Both the position numbers and the translations under genes were made by a program. Of a stretch of 64,000 nucleotides of DNA, positions 1 to 12,432 are shown in pieces. Source of the DNA: Vermamoeba vermiformis (Eukaryota); assembly GCA_045837725.1 (NCBI GenBank), contig JBEWZL010000294.1, forward strand, positions 124,001-188,000. The letters are read 5' to 3'. Under the pieces are notes generated by a model. The model was given only the letters and a program-made list of their open reading frames with translations. It did no database searches and was not told the origin of the DNA. How positions within the stretch are numbered: position 1 is the stretch's first letter; every line of letters begins with the position of its first letter.

Positions 1-221
1 GATTATGCCGGCTGCATACTTGAACTTAAGTGTTCTTAGGTACTGCTTTTGATTGATGTTGCATGTTTGTGCTTGTTTGTGTCTTGCGTAGAAGATAATC
101 GCTCGCTTTTGAACGTAAAAAGAACAAAAGTGCGCGTTGATTTTGTAAATAATATTGTATTTATATTTTTATGATAGTAACATCGGGTTGCATTACGCTA
201 GAATAAATTCTTCAGAAGTTT

Positions 222-2379
222 TTACAAGATCTTCTTGCTGTCTTCTCTTCGCTTCTTGACAAAGACGTAGCCAGCGTAGACGAAGGCTTCGACGATCAAC
301 AAGTAGAGCCACGACCACGAGAACGAAGACGAGGATTGGACATCAACGCCACGGTTTTGGTTTTGTTGGGCAACCATGCGAACTTCATTCTTGGCAGCCT
401 GGAAGACAAAATATGAGTAAAGGTACAACGATTCGAACAGACGATCAATAACACGTACTTCAACACCAGTTCTGAGTTGATCAACAGTGGACATGAGAGT
501 GCGCAAAGAGACCTTGAGCTCTTGCATCTCACGGGACATGTCTTGGTGGTTCGATGAGACCTTGTTTTGCACGCCGAGAACGTCGTTCCTAATGTACAAC
601 ACGCGATTAATATCGATCATTGATTAATGGCTGTGTGAACTTACTTCAATTGGGCAACGATGCCATCATTGCTGCCAGTGCGGCCTGTCAAAAACAATTA
701 GTAACATGGTAAGTTTGACGCGTGTCAAGGCAAGACTTACATGCAGCTACATCAGACTTGGTAGCCAAGCCCAAGACGTCAGCCTTGGTGGCCAAGCTGC
801 TGAGATCAGGACTGCCGTAAGCATTGCCGCGGTTGCCAGAGGCCATGGCGTTGATCAAAGCATCGAGCTTGTTCTCAAGAGCTGAGTTGCCAGGCTGTTG
901 TTGCTGTTGCTGAGTGTGCTGTTGGTTGAATTGTTGTTGTTGCTGCTGTTGTTGCTGTTGTTGTTGGTTTTGTTGTTCTTGAGTAGCACGAGCACGTTCT
1001 TGTTCCTCTTGACGTTGCTTCTCTTGTTGAGCCAACAATTCAGCTTGGGCACGCTCTTGTTGCAAACGTTGTTCGTCTCTGTTGCGGTCGAGCTCACGTT
1101 GACGTTCAGCAGCTTGTTGAGTCTCGCGGTCCTGATCTTCACCCCAGACTTGAGCGCGGTTGTTGACGTTAGGGTCTTGCATGGCGAGTCTGTAAGTGAC
1201 GAAGCTGTAGACGTCGTGGTTGTCAAACAAATCACCAGTCTCAGCAGTAACACCGAAGTAGCCGAGACGAGGCAACTCGAGGTACAAAGGTTCAGGGTTA
1301 CACACAGTCCACTTGCGGTGTTCTTCGAAGACTTGACCGCTGGTGTCGTACGAGACTTGGAGGCGCTTGTTGAAGTAAGCGACCTTCAATTTAATAGGGA
1401 TTTGACCGCGGAAGTTAACTTGACATGAGGCCAATTCAACATTTTTGCCGTCTTGGTTCTTGTCGTAGCTGCGAGTACCGTCGTTCAACACGATCTGGAT
1501 GCGAGGATTGTCGCGCTGCAACGCGATTAATATTGATCATAGTAGTATATGAGAATGTATGCTCACCTTGTTGTCGTTGTCAAAGGTGTCCAAGATCACA
1601 CCCAAGCCAGTCCACTGATCTTTGTTGCCAAAAATAGGACCAGGTTGCGAACGCTCCTTAGTGAACCAAACAGCCATACCTTCGTGCAGCATATTAGAAT
1701 CGTGTTTAATAGCAAATATAAGATCCTATTGTACTTACCGTCGGCACCCAAACGAGCAGGTGAGTCGGGATTGGGAGAAACACGAAGTTCGGTCAAAACC
1801 AACCAGTCAGAGTAGCTGTTGGGCTACACAGAGTGTTAGAACATGATTTTCAGGTATTTTGATTGAAGCAATGATAGTTACTGGACCTTAATTCAATTTA
1901 GGAAAAATTTCTTGAAGAGTCAACGGGATGACGTGGATTTGAATTTCAATAAATAGGCATAATAGCAAATATCGAATAATACGATTATAAAAATACTTAC
2001 GAAAGAGTTCCACAACCAGCCCTTGCGGCCTTTTTCAGTCGGGGTCAAGCGGATGAAATCATCCATAATGACAGTATCACCACCAAAACTCCAGCCTAAA
2101 ATCAGTATTAATATATTGCTATTTTTAATGCAATATTATGCTATCGTTTTCGGAAAAACAATCGCCTAAAAGTGGATCAATTATTTTTTTCAAATTATTT
2201 TTTCTGCATGAATTATAACCGCTGATATTCCAAATCTGATAATACATACCAGTGAAGCTAGTAGTTCTGAACGAGTGACGAGGCAAATATTCCTCAAAGA
2301 GACCACTTGGAAGCAGCGAATCTTGAGCCAAGCTGCCCATCACAAACAAAAGTCCGAGTGCTAAGAGATAAGACCGCAT
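222..2379 (-). CDS. LMAN1: L-type lectin cargo receptor, ERGIC-53/LMAN1-like (multi-exon)
   Basis: Signal peptide MRSYLLALGLLF; lectin motif GYFGVTAETGDLFDNHDV; polyQ/coiled-coil stalk; C-terminal TM helix; dilysine tail KKIL. Joins ORFs 2125-2379, 688-1521 and 222-620. Confidence 0.85.
895..980 (-). repeat. CAA/CAG polyglutamine tract in the lectin stalk
   Basis: Run of TTG/CTG triplets on + strand, encoding QQQ on the minus strand. Confidence 0.9.
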
Positions 2380-2589
2380 GGTGCTTATTTAACAAAAAAT
2401 CGCTAGTATATATTAAAGATAAATATAAATCGGCCGATTGTTGCTCAATACGTGCAAAAAGAAGACAAATAAAACCAGAAAATTTTGTTGATTGTTGATT
2501 TTGTGATCGAATTAAAGCGAGTTGCAACGTCAGGGTTGCACTTTATTTGTATAATATACCCTGTTTGTACATAATTGTAGTTGATAGAT

Positions 2590-3956
2590 ATGAAGATCTC
2601 ACCCGCTTTCAAGCCTCATTTCGAGTCCTTATTAAAGACACGAGAATACGATATTACAATTAAGGAGACTGATTCTAGCATTAGAAGCGGTCAATATCAC
2701 GACCGAGTTACAATTGGCATCAATTACTGCAAGCGAGAATTGCAATGTAAGTGATAGACCTTCGTGTTGAAATTCAATCTGGTTAGAAAAATTATTAATC
2801 AATTATTTTTAGGGAAAATAATATTAAACCACGATATGCCACAATTACCTCCTGATTTTATGCTCAATGATGGCTTTGAGGTAATTATTTCGAAAATATT
2901 ATTTTTCGTACTTTTATTGTAACTTTATTTTGTTAGCATATTATCAAATATCAAGATATTCAGTCGCTTAGACAATGGAATGTCAATCAGCCCGATTCAT
3001 TGTGGAATATAATCAAAGAAATGATTGGTCAATTTAGGGTAAATTACAAATATTCAAAAATTAATTGCCAAATTTACCAATGGTCTAATAATTATATAGA
3101 CTAATCAACGAAACATTCTCGCAAAATCACTGACCAACGAGAGATTAAAATTCGAAATTGAAACATTGGACGGTATCGAGGTATGAGCACGTGTTGTTGA
3201 CGCGTCAGATCTGTTCTAATCCTTCGCTTGAATTAGGGAGTACAAACCTTTTATGATAGGAATAGAGGAGAGGTGTGTAATAAATTAGTCATATCATTCC
3301 TTCAATATGTAACGCCAATTCTTTTAAGGTTCGATGTTTGATCCCGCTGGCCGACTTCAACATTGCCACGCTGCTGGGAGGTAAATTATAATATAAATAC
3401 TCAATATAATGTAACATTAATTACTATTCGTACGATTCTAACGGCCATTGTTGATTATCTGATACGACTGAAATTATTAAAAAATACTGATTACATAAAG
3501 TCTACTTTGCGGTCGAGTTAAATACGTACCAATAAGAATATTAACACTATATAAACAGCCAAAGAGCCCAGCAAAGACGGTGTCGTGACGCTATTCGTCA
3601 ATTTCGATGCCGCAGAACATCCCTTCAAAACACCTGAAATAACGCTCGATATTTCTAATGTGTGGGCTGAGCTGTTGAACGGCATGGCTGTAAGTACTAG
3701 ATAGACGCATATATTATATAATACGACTATGGCGCTTAGTCAATGTAACTTGGCAGAAACTACCGAGCTGGTCGTCCAACACGTGCTTGCTCGACTACAT
3801 TCCGAGCATCAAAGACGTGCTCAAAGAACACTTTGAGAGCATTAAGATCCGAAAACAAATCATCAAAGAGTTCACTATTGGATTTGGCGGGTATGTACTA
3901 TAACACCGGTTCGGTTCTATATATGATGCTAGATATCTATTTTTGGTGCATATAAG

Positions 3957-3995
<39 letters not shown>

Positions 3996-4523
3996 ACTAA
4001 GTCACCTCTTCTATTCGCAGCGTATTGGAGTACGATTCAGTGGCGTATCGCAAGTTGAGTTTGATGGTCGATTTCAATATGTATCCTGTCATCGTTATTG
4101 GTACGTAGTTTATTATATACTTACATATAGCGCAATAAGTTCTATGCACCTGTTCATTATCATGTATGAAACTGGAGTATTTTTAGCGCAGTTTTTAAAG
4201 AAATTAGGTACCCTGAAGATGCTAATGTTATTATAATAGTACAACTATCTTCGTCGTTCCCTAAAGAGTGTCCGCAGCTGATAATGCAATCGTTTCAACA
4301 CACTGGATCGACTGGACGGCCGCTGCAAAAAGTATTCACTGATTACCCTTACAGCCCGCGCTGGGATGCTGCCGAGCTCGTAAAGAGGATCAAGTACGTT
4401 AATATGCATATATTCATATTAGTATTTTGTTTGTCGACTTGAGCTAATGTTTAATTTTGCGCATCTAGAGGATTTATTGTCGACAGTTTGCCTGCGTTCA
4501 AAAAAGCCTGCTCGGAAGCTTGA
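2590..4523 (+). CDS. BABAM2: BRISC/BRCA1-A complex member 2 (BRE), many small exons
   Basis: ATG 2590 (MKISPAFKPH). C-terminal exons give DYPYSPRWDAAELVKRI...LPAFKKACSEA*, matching the BRE YPYSPRWD motif. Mostly missed by the ORF track because exons are short. Confidence 0.8.
3959..3992. repeat. (AT)17 microsatellite in a BABAM2 intron
   Basis: Read directly from sequence. Confidence 0.95.
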
Positions 4524-5064
4524 GTGACAACATCATGTAATAAAGTACTGCCTTAATTTTAAAATAAGCCGTCCAGTTGGACGAAAAGGCGGATCTTGTT
4601 GTCTGGAGTAGCTCTTATGCTCCAATGTCCAGACCAGACCTCAAACGCTGCTAATGGAAGGCAGGGTAGGCGAACAGTACGCCTGGTGGCCCGAGATATT
4701 TTACTTGAATCTCGCGCCATGTGCTTTGAATTCAAATTCTGACAAATTTCGCAACTTTGATCCAGCGAAGAAATTTGGCGCAGAGCAATTTTTTGTTTTA
4801 TTATTCACTCCGTAACGTTATCAAGCACCACAATGCAACTCTAAGAACATTTGTATCTGTTTGCTATCTTATTTTGTTAGTTCTCTTTTGAATTAACAAA
4901 ATGCTTCTCACCTCTTCTTAACGTTACCTCTACATCTGACAACCAACGCAGTAATTTGCAACGTAGTGCTACTCACTATGTCTAAACACACCTTACAACA
5001 TCTACTACCTCTTTAGCCTCCCGAATGGGACTACTCTCAAAAGAATTTCAAACTTGATTCAACA

Positions 5065-6153
5065 ATGGGTCTGCAAGTAGATTTACGACAATTGGACTTG
5101 ACTCTCCACATGCTGGAGGGCAAGTCCTTCTCCTTTGGAAAGGACAAACTAGAAGAGCTCTTCACAACTAAAAAACGAAAACTTCACGAGATACTGGAGG
5201 AAGATGAAGAATTGCAGCTGCCGAACAAAAAGCAAAAAGTTTTATTAGAAACAGTCGCCACTGCAACCGCCACTGCTGACACTCCACAAGATTATGTCGC
5301 AGTTCAAGTGCCGCAAGCTAAGCCTCAACTCGATCTTTCAGCAGATTTGACCTTGTCTTTGGTCTCTGCTGCTCGTCGAGGCGATGCCGCTCAAATTCAC
5401 GCACTTCTCGCACACGACAAGAAGCTCGCCAACGAGTCAGTGTGTGGCAACACTCCTCTCATGTACGCTGCTTTCTACGGCCACGATTCAGTCGTGTTGA
5501 CACTACTCAACCACGGCGCTGATCCCACGCGCACCAATCTCTCCTCGATGACTGCACTGCACTGGGCCACACTCGGACAACACCCTGACACGGTTGCTGC
5601 TCTCATCTCCGCTGGTGCTGAGCCTAATGCAGCCGATCGACGTGGTCAGACAGCCCTGCACTTGGCCGCTCGTCTCGGCAATGCCGCTCTCGTGCGCACA
5701 CTGCTCGCAAGCGGAGCAAATGTGTCGCTGAAGACTGCTGCTGAACTCGATGGCACCACTGTGCTACACGAGGCTATTCAATCTGGCTCAGTCGAAGTCG
5801 CACGCCTGTTAGTAGAACGTGGCCGCGCTAATGTAAATGCCAAGAACGACAAGGGCCGCACTCCTCTGCACCGCGCAGTGTGGCGCGCAGATGTGTCGCT
5901 GGCCAAGTACCTACTCGACGTTGGAGCACAAGTCGACGCGCTCGATGAGAACGAACGCACTCCGCTCCACTGGGCCGCTTTCTTCGGTGCCACACACGGT
6001 GATGTGATTACCTTGCTGTTGCGCCACGGAGCAGACATGACACGCCGCGACAAACTCAAATTGACAGCTGTGCAAATCTCGCGTGTCAAGAAATTTGACA
6101 ACGCCTTGAAGATTTTCGAAGAGTTCCGCGCGAAGAAAAATGAAAAGAAATAA
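5065..6153 (+). CDS. Ankyrin-repeat protein
   Basis: About 7 ankyrin repeats (GNTPLMYAA, TALHWA, GQTALHLAA, GRTPLHRAV, TPLHWAA) and basic NLS-like segments. An upstream exon cannot be excluded. Confidence 0.9.
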   Translation: MGLQVDLRQLDLTLHMLEGKSFSFGKDKLEELFTTKKRKLHEILEEDEELQLPNKKQKVLLETVATATATADTPQDYVAVQVPQAKPQLDLSADLTLSLVSAARRGDAAQIHALLAHDKKLANESVCGNTPLMYAAFYGHDSVVLTLLNHGADPTRTNLSSMTALHWATLGQHPDTVAALISAGAEPNAADRRGQTALHLAARLGNAALVRTLLASGANVSLKTAAELDGTTVLHEAIQSGSVEVARLLVERGRANVNAKNDKGRTPLHRAVWRADVSLAKYLLDVGAQVDALDENERTPLHWAAFFGATHGDVITLLLRHGADMTRRDKLKLTAVQISRVKKFDNALKIFEEFRAKKNEKK

Positions 6154-6215
6154 CGACCGGAACGTTGTATTGTAGCATTAGTTATGAAGATAAACCTTCT
6201 ATTTATTTCACACAA

Positions 6216-8002
6216 TTAGTGCAGTGTCCCGTACTGTGGCAGGTTCTGCAGTGCAATAGCCTCCTCTTCGTTATTGAGCTCTGGGTGGTCCGCTGCAGCA
6301 CGTCTTCGATCGACTTCGAATTTGACATGACGCACGAACATGCCGACCCAAGTGAGGTTCAAGGCAGATGTGACTGCCATCAGCAGAAAAGCGTATTCTT
6401 CCTTATACTTGTCGTATCTGTAATTTACATGGAAGCTGTCAAACGTACCAATCAGCACTGCCACGAGCGGCATTGGCACGACGATAGTGTACAACGCAAA
6501 GAGTGTCCATCGCACGGCTGGTTTCATCTTCCAGTACTCGCCTAGCTTTGTAATGTGGTGCGTGATGCTTGGTTTGAGTGCGACAACACTACCAATCGTG
6601 ATGATGGTGGTGAATGCCCAGGACACGAGTGACGTCTGCGACACGACATATGACGTGTTGTTTGTGTAGCGACTTTTGGTTGAATACGGATGCAACAACA
6701 TGGAGAACACGGGCTGATAGGTGACATTCGCGGTGTTGAACTCGTAGCACTCTGGCCATTTATCGTTATGGGATGGCTCACGGTACGTGTCGTTGATTCT
6801 CCTTGTTGTGAACTCTGTCGTCAGTTTGGCCTGCAACGACCGCTGAGTAGTGACAGCGGCTAAGAGGTCGAGTGGTGACGTTGAAATCATTTCGACAAAG
6901 TTGACGTACAAGTGAAGCACCGGAATGTCGATGTACACTCCTGACGCTTGGAATTCTTCTTGCATTGTGACATCGCTGAACACACCTGGTGGTGGATAAG
7001 ATTTGACTGGTGGATACACTGGCGTGAAAAACTCCGCACTGACCATGTCGCGTTCGAAATCATAGTGTCCCTTAATACGCGGTGCGCACACTGTAAGGGG
7101 TTGGAGGTAATATGCATTGTAGTGGTAAGTTTGAAACAGTTCTGCTGAAAACGTTTGTCTGGAGCCGTTCACTGAAGGGAGTTTACAATTCACGTTAAAT
7201 TCTTTGTTGGTGGAGAGCATCACCGATTGATCGGCACTGATGTTGTGTGGCAGAGTAAACACGACACCGTAATTTGGTTGCTTGAAGGGCAGTAAGCCCA
7301 AGAGCCTGTTCGACGAGTAGTTGACAGTGCCTGGCTCATCGTGCGTGATGACCAGTGTCGTCATGCTGATTACTACGACCACTGCAAATACAATGGCCGA
7401 TGCGAATCCTCCTGCCGCTCGTTTTCTGCTGTCTGCGCGTTGCTGTTTCTCGTTCAAAAGCACGGGCTCGCTCGATTTGTGCTCAAAATCATCGAAATTG
7501 AGGCGAACATCAAGTAGTCGAAGTACTTTAGGCACTTGAGGTATGGGCAACAACAGCAGGAACACCACGAGCTGCATGAACACGATCGTGGACAAGATTA
7601 TTATTGTGGCGATCAGTTGCAAGGAGTTTCTGGTGTCATCCACATTTTCAAAACCTAATGAAGTCATTAAGGCCTCGAAGTTAAAACTTTGACAAAGTGC
7701 ATCTGTGACATTTTTCGTGATCTGCATTTTGGAACGACATTTACCTGTAGCTATAACAGCGGGTTGACATGTGGTCAGCATTTTATAAACATTGAATTGG
7801 CTGAGCAGATTTTTCGTTTTTACAGCATTTGGACGGAGTTTTAGGAGTGGACGCAAGTTCTGTCCTGTTTGAGTGTTTGGACAATATTCAGTTCCAATTC
7901 AATCTTCTCAGTCGTTTATAATATTATATTACGAGTAATTGAATAACAATAAAAATATAACAACATCCAAATTATACTTCCTCGTTGGAAGCTATTTTTC
8001 AT
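6216..8002 (-). CDS. Multi-pass membrane protein of unknown function
   Basis: 546-aa ORF 6216-7856 with about 5 hydrophobic helices and a large N-glycosylation-site-rich loop. A possible first exon 8002-7933 (MKNSFQRGSIIWMLLYFY) joins in frame via a GT-AG intron 7932-7865. Start uncertain. Confidence 0.6.
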
Positions 8003-8167
8003 CGTTGCTCGTGTTATTGTACCATGACGTAATAATTCTCTAATATAATGCAATGCTGCGTTTATGTCCAGGAACGGTCTTGGAAGTTTCCACTGAATAG
8101 TTGCTTCTTGCAATTTTCTGCGGTGGTACACTAAATTCTATTTTTGCTCGAGCTAGCTTTAGTAAAC

Positions 8168-8761
8168 ATGAAGACCCTTCTCTACACCACCTTTTTCTTG
8201 TTTGCTGCGCACGCAGTGTATTCTGCGTACCTGTTAACGCCCATGTTCAACAATCTCTGCACGGATGTGGACTATCAACAAGGCGTTACGATAATTCCTT
8301 ATGCTTGCACTTATAGAAAAGGAAGAAATTCATATTCTCAAGGTTCATGCCAGGGAAATAAATTAGTCGAGCAACTATGCTCCGATCCAACTTTTTGCGA
8401 TAACGCCGGTACACTCTGCACTCCTGGTGGCAATATCTCGTTAGGATGCAGCAAGGATGGATACAAGAGCTGCATGGACGATTGGGTGCCTCTTCCTACT
8501 TTGCTGGGTACCGACCGCTATCTGACGATCTTGCACAGCGACATCAGCTACTGCCGCAATCCCATTGTTTACAACGTCTATCCTCTCTACAAGTGCTTGC
8601 AAACCGGCATCCCACTTTTTCCTTCAATGTATGTGGATTGTACCAACAACACTATCTCCCGCTTCACTGATGCAAATTGTGTCGAGTTGGGTGCCCAAGA
8701 ACAATTCGATATTACTCCGGATTGCTACGGAACGATCGATTTTCAGTGTACTAACCCTTAA
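8168..8761 (+). CDS. Secreted cysteine-rich protein, intronless
   Basis: Signal peptide MKTLLYTTFFLFAAHAVYS and about 14 Cys; no family recognised. Confidence 0.7.
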   Translation: MKTLLYTTFFLFAAHAVYSAYLLTPMFNNLCTDVDYQQGVTIIPYACTYRKGRNSYSQGSCQGNKLVEQLCSDPTFCDNAGTLCTPGGNISLGCSKDGYKSCMDDWVPLPTLLGTDRYLTILHSDISYCRNPIVYNVYPLYKCLQTGIPLFPSMYVDCTNNTISRFTDANCVELGAQEQFDITPDCYGTIDFQCTNP

Positions 8762-8949
8762 TTATAATTAAACATTACAAAGCGTTACCTATTTGCCCTT
8801 GCAACTCAATAGTTCAAAATATAACGAATTAGCGATAGAGTAAATAGGAATGTAAGTTATGTAAGAAGAAAGCGTAATAAATCATCACCAATCGAGTGTT
8901 TTGAGTTTTCCTGGGCGGTATTTTATTCCAGGAACTCTAGGTAAACCAT

Positions 8950-9683
8950 TTATTTCTCGCCTTGTTTCTTTCTTCTTCGATAATTCTCATCATATTCGCG
9001 TCTGCGTTGCTTCACATCCTCTCGCTGACGGTACTCCTGTTGGTATTCGCGTTGGCGTTGCTTTACATCCTCTCGCTGACGGTACTCCTGTTGGTATTCG
9101 CGTTGGCGTTGCTTTACATCCTCTCGCTGATAGTACCCACGCGGATCAAACAGTCCAGGAGTGACCAGATGAAGGGGAGGAGGTCGAATCTGAGAAAATT
9201 GGTTAATTCCCTCCTTGATCTTGGCCCTTCCAAAACGAGTTAGATCGTATTCAACTCCTGAGTATCTCCAGTGGTCTGAGAATGCGAAACAATTGGGCAA
9301 CGGAACCGATCCGTACTTGTGGTCACAGGTGCATTGGTGGGTATTTCCTAATAAAGAATGAATTCGTATTAATTTCCAGGAATTATAGGTAAAGAAACCT
9401 GTGTTTACTTACGTCCTGTTGTTGGATCGACAAGTCGTATTCTTGTTTGCTTGTCCCGAAGCATCATTTCTTTAAAGAGCCTGCATGCGTTTCTTTTGAG
9501 ATTAATGCGATGGGGTTCGAATATGATATGCCAAGGGTTGAGGCATTGCTTGTTGTGGCAGAGATGTGACGCATCCAACGCGCATCGGGGAACACCAGGG
9601 TAAAAGAGGTACTGGGCAGTGTCGATAGGGTTTTGTTGATATAAGTGAATATTTTGAAACAGTATCTTGCCAACGTGGGTCAT
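8950..9683 (-). CDS. His-Cys box (His-Me finger, I-PpoI-like) endonuclease with C-terminal tandem repeats
   Basis: SHLCHNKQCLNPWHIIFEPHRINLKRNAC matches I-PpoI motif spacing. Removing the GT-AG intron 9412-9348 joins ORF 9405-9749 to 8950-9300 in frame and adds CTCDH...C. 222 aa from ATG 9683; the frame stays open up to 9797. Confidence 0.8.
8993..9130 (-). repeat. 51-bp tandem repeat, about 2.7 copies (YRQREDVKQRQREYQQE)
   Basis: TATTCGCG recurs at 8993, 9044 and 9095; copies are nearly identical. Confidence 0.95.
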
Positions 9684-9777
9684 ATTGATGCGTACTGGCG
9701 GTAGGTATTTTTTTTGCGCAGGCAGTAACTTTTTCTCATCAAAAAGCAATAGAGTGCAACAACTTAATTTTATTGCA

Positions 9778-10752
9778 ATGGAAAGACGTAAAGCGAATCA
9801 ATTAAACATCGTTGATCGTGTTATTCCACCCAAATCTGCCGCTAAGACTGACGTACGTGTTACTCACATATTTTAAAAATTGATATTTATTTTGCTTTGG
9901 TTTTGACGTTCTGTTGTTCTGTTCAGAAGAACGAATTACATTAACGAAAATTAGCAAATAATAATTTATTTATTTTATTTTATTTACAGGTTAGTCTGAG
10001 TGCTTTCTCGTTTTTATTTTCAGAATTTGTACAGTATGCTCATAGAAAAGTAACGCATATTAAAGATCTGCAACGAAGGTAATTTCATAACAAATTACTA
10101 GCTGACGTCGCTGAGATTAATTATCCGATTAGACTTGCGGACGTCGGTTACAATGTAGGTCTTAGACTCGCTGAATTAGTGCCGTGGAAAGAAAAAGCAG
10201 TCAAACGTGAGACTCGATTGCTGCGGATCTTATACTTCATATCGAACACAACTTGGAAGTATTTGTTCGGCAAAGATGCCGTATTAGAACGTAGTACTGA
10301 GAAGGAGGACCAATGTATGTATCATATATTCGATAGATTCTGGTATTTACTAAGTTAAAATTGCTCGTGCAAATGTGACCAGATCCGGTACTAACTTATC
10401 CACGACACAGATATGATCACAGAGAACGAGCCACTCATGAACAAATATATATCTATCCCTAAAGACTTGACTGGTCTTAACTGCAGTGCATTCCTCGGAG
10501 GTCTTGTGGAAGGAATTTTGGATGCCGCTGAGTTCGTAAGTTGCTGCTTTTAATTCAAGATTACTTTAGTACCTAGCCTTATGAGACACATCATATATCA
10601 TCCAAGCGAGAGGTACTAATTATGAGTCATATTCACAGCCCGCTAAAGTGTCTACACACTCAGTGGAGATTGCCGGACAACGATTCCCCCGCACAGTGAT
10701 TTTGATTGAATTCACGCGCGAAGTGATTGAACGAGACTCGCGATTGTCTTAA
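9778..10752 (+). CDS. TRAPPC5: TRAPP complex subunit 5 (Trs31)
   Basis: Spliced product MERRK...IVDRV...VSLSAFSFLFSEFVQY...KRETRLL...LNCSAFLGGLVEGILDAAEFPAKV... Confidence 0.92.
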
Positions 10753-11000
10753 TAGACCTACTGTATTGTATATATATAAGCGGACTAAGTAAATGTTCCA
10801 CTCTGTTGTACAGTCATCTGCTCGTGGATCCGATCTGTTAACAACAAACGGTCGCTGAGTGTCCGAGTGCTAACGGTGCGAAGGCACTGCAACTCAATGA
10901 CACTAGATTTCGATAATTATAACAATCACGTAATACCTGTCTGGTCACGAGGAAAAAATTGTGTTCGGCCGCTGACGTCAGCTTGTTATCAGACTACGAG

Positions 11001-12253
11001 ATGGGCAGCAAGAGTGGCGAGTATAAGTCTCAAACTAAATATGCATTCTCCGTATCTGAGGAGAAGCCTAAAGAGCCTGAACCAGATCCAGAATTAATCG
11101 AAGATCCCCCAAAGAAATCAGAAAGCGACTTGAAGCCGAAAGTGTTTGGTAATTGGTCACAATAATTTATTGGTATTATATAAGTTGCTAATTGCAATGT
11201 CGCAGCGTTTTTTTCGGATCTAGCAACGAAAATTAAAACTACATCGGAAGAAATTAAGCAAGACTTGAAAAAACTCGGTGAAGAGCTTACTAAGAACAAT
11301 GATGGTCCTATAATCGAGAAAGGTAATTATTTTTATTTTCAAACAATTCAATAAAATTGTAATTATTTTCAGAGCAACCTCGCCCTAAACAACCTGAATT
11401 ACCTCCATGGGACGTATTAAATATTGCAGATAAAGAACTGTACGAGGAAATTAAAAGACAAATTCTGCTCATTCCTACGGTAAGTCACACAAGCCTTAAA
11501 CTAATTAATTATCCTAATAATCGCGTAGTCACGACGAAATTTGTTAAATGCACCACCAGAGACTGAAATAGATTTCAAATTTTCAATGGAAGAGTATCTA
11601 CCGATGGCAATGGCCACACTGAAGGAGGATCAGAATTTAAACACAGCGCGCTTTGTGCTCGTACCGAAGAGCATTTCAGAGCACGAATTTTGGCGCAATT
11701 ATTTTTACAGGATACACATCATCAAACAGGCGTTTGGATTGACTGGCACGAACAACGCTGGTCAGCAAGCCTCGAGTCCTGTTGCACCCGTGAAAAATAC
11801 AGATAATGTCGCAGTACCTGCCAGTCAAAACAACGACAATAACACGAGCGATAATGCCAACAAAAAGAGCGAAGAGAGTGCCAGCAACAGCAGTACACCC
11901 GCGCCGAGTCAACTGGAGAGCTCGAAGCGTAAGTCCGTTAATGTTTTTCTGAGCGGAATTTGACCGTGACATTAGCTGAGGAGGTGAAAACTACAAAGCC
12001 CGAAGATGACACGATTGAATTTGCGAGTGATTATTATGAGGGCGGTGAATGGGCCGGTGATTTGAAGGCTGAACTTACCAAATTAGGCATTGATGATGAC
12101 GAGATTGACATCGGCGATGCAGTCGGAGACACGCTTGAAGGTAGTAATGCAATAATCATTGTAAATTATTAACGTTGCTGATTATTGAATTTAGTAATTG
12201 ACCCCAGTGACTTGGAAGAGGAGCTGAGAAAACAAATCGAAGACATGGATTAG
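11001..12253 (+). CDS. BSD-domain protein (SYAP1/DOS2-like)
   Basis: EDQNLNTARFVLVPKSISEHEFWRNYFYRIHIIKQ is the BSD signature; acidic C-terminus. Confidence 0.82.
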
Positions 12254-12432
12254 AATCGGTTGTAGCTCTGCTTGTGTACAATGAAATAGTTTTCAAAATT
12301 TCAGTATTTTATTTACAAGCGCCTCGTCAGTGGCTAATTCAAGTCTTTCTATAATATAAGCAATATACAATCGACCCCTTACTGGTTGTAATGCTAGTAA
12401 TAACAGAGTTAGTCTCGAGTCCTTGGTTAGAA

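Noticed and set aside
8800-9800. Group I intron / rDNA context for the His-Cys nuclease
   Set aside because: No rRNA sequence or recognisable ribozyme core; flanks are protein-coding genes.
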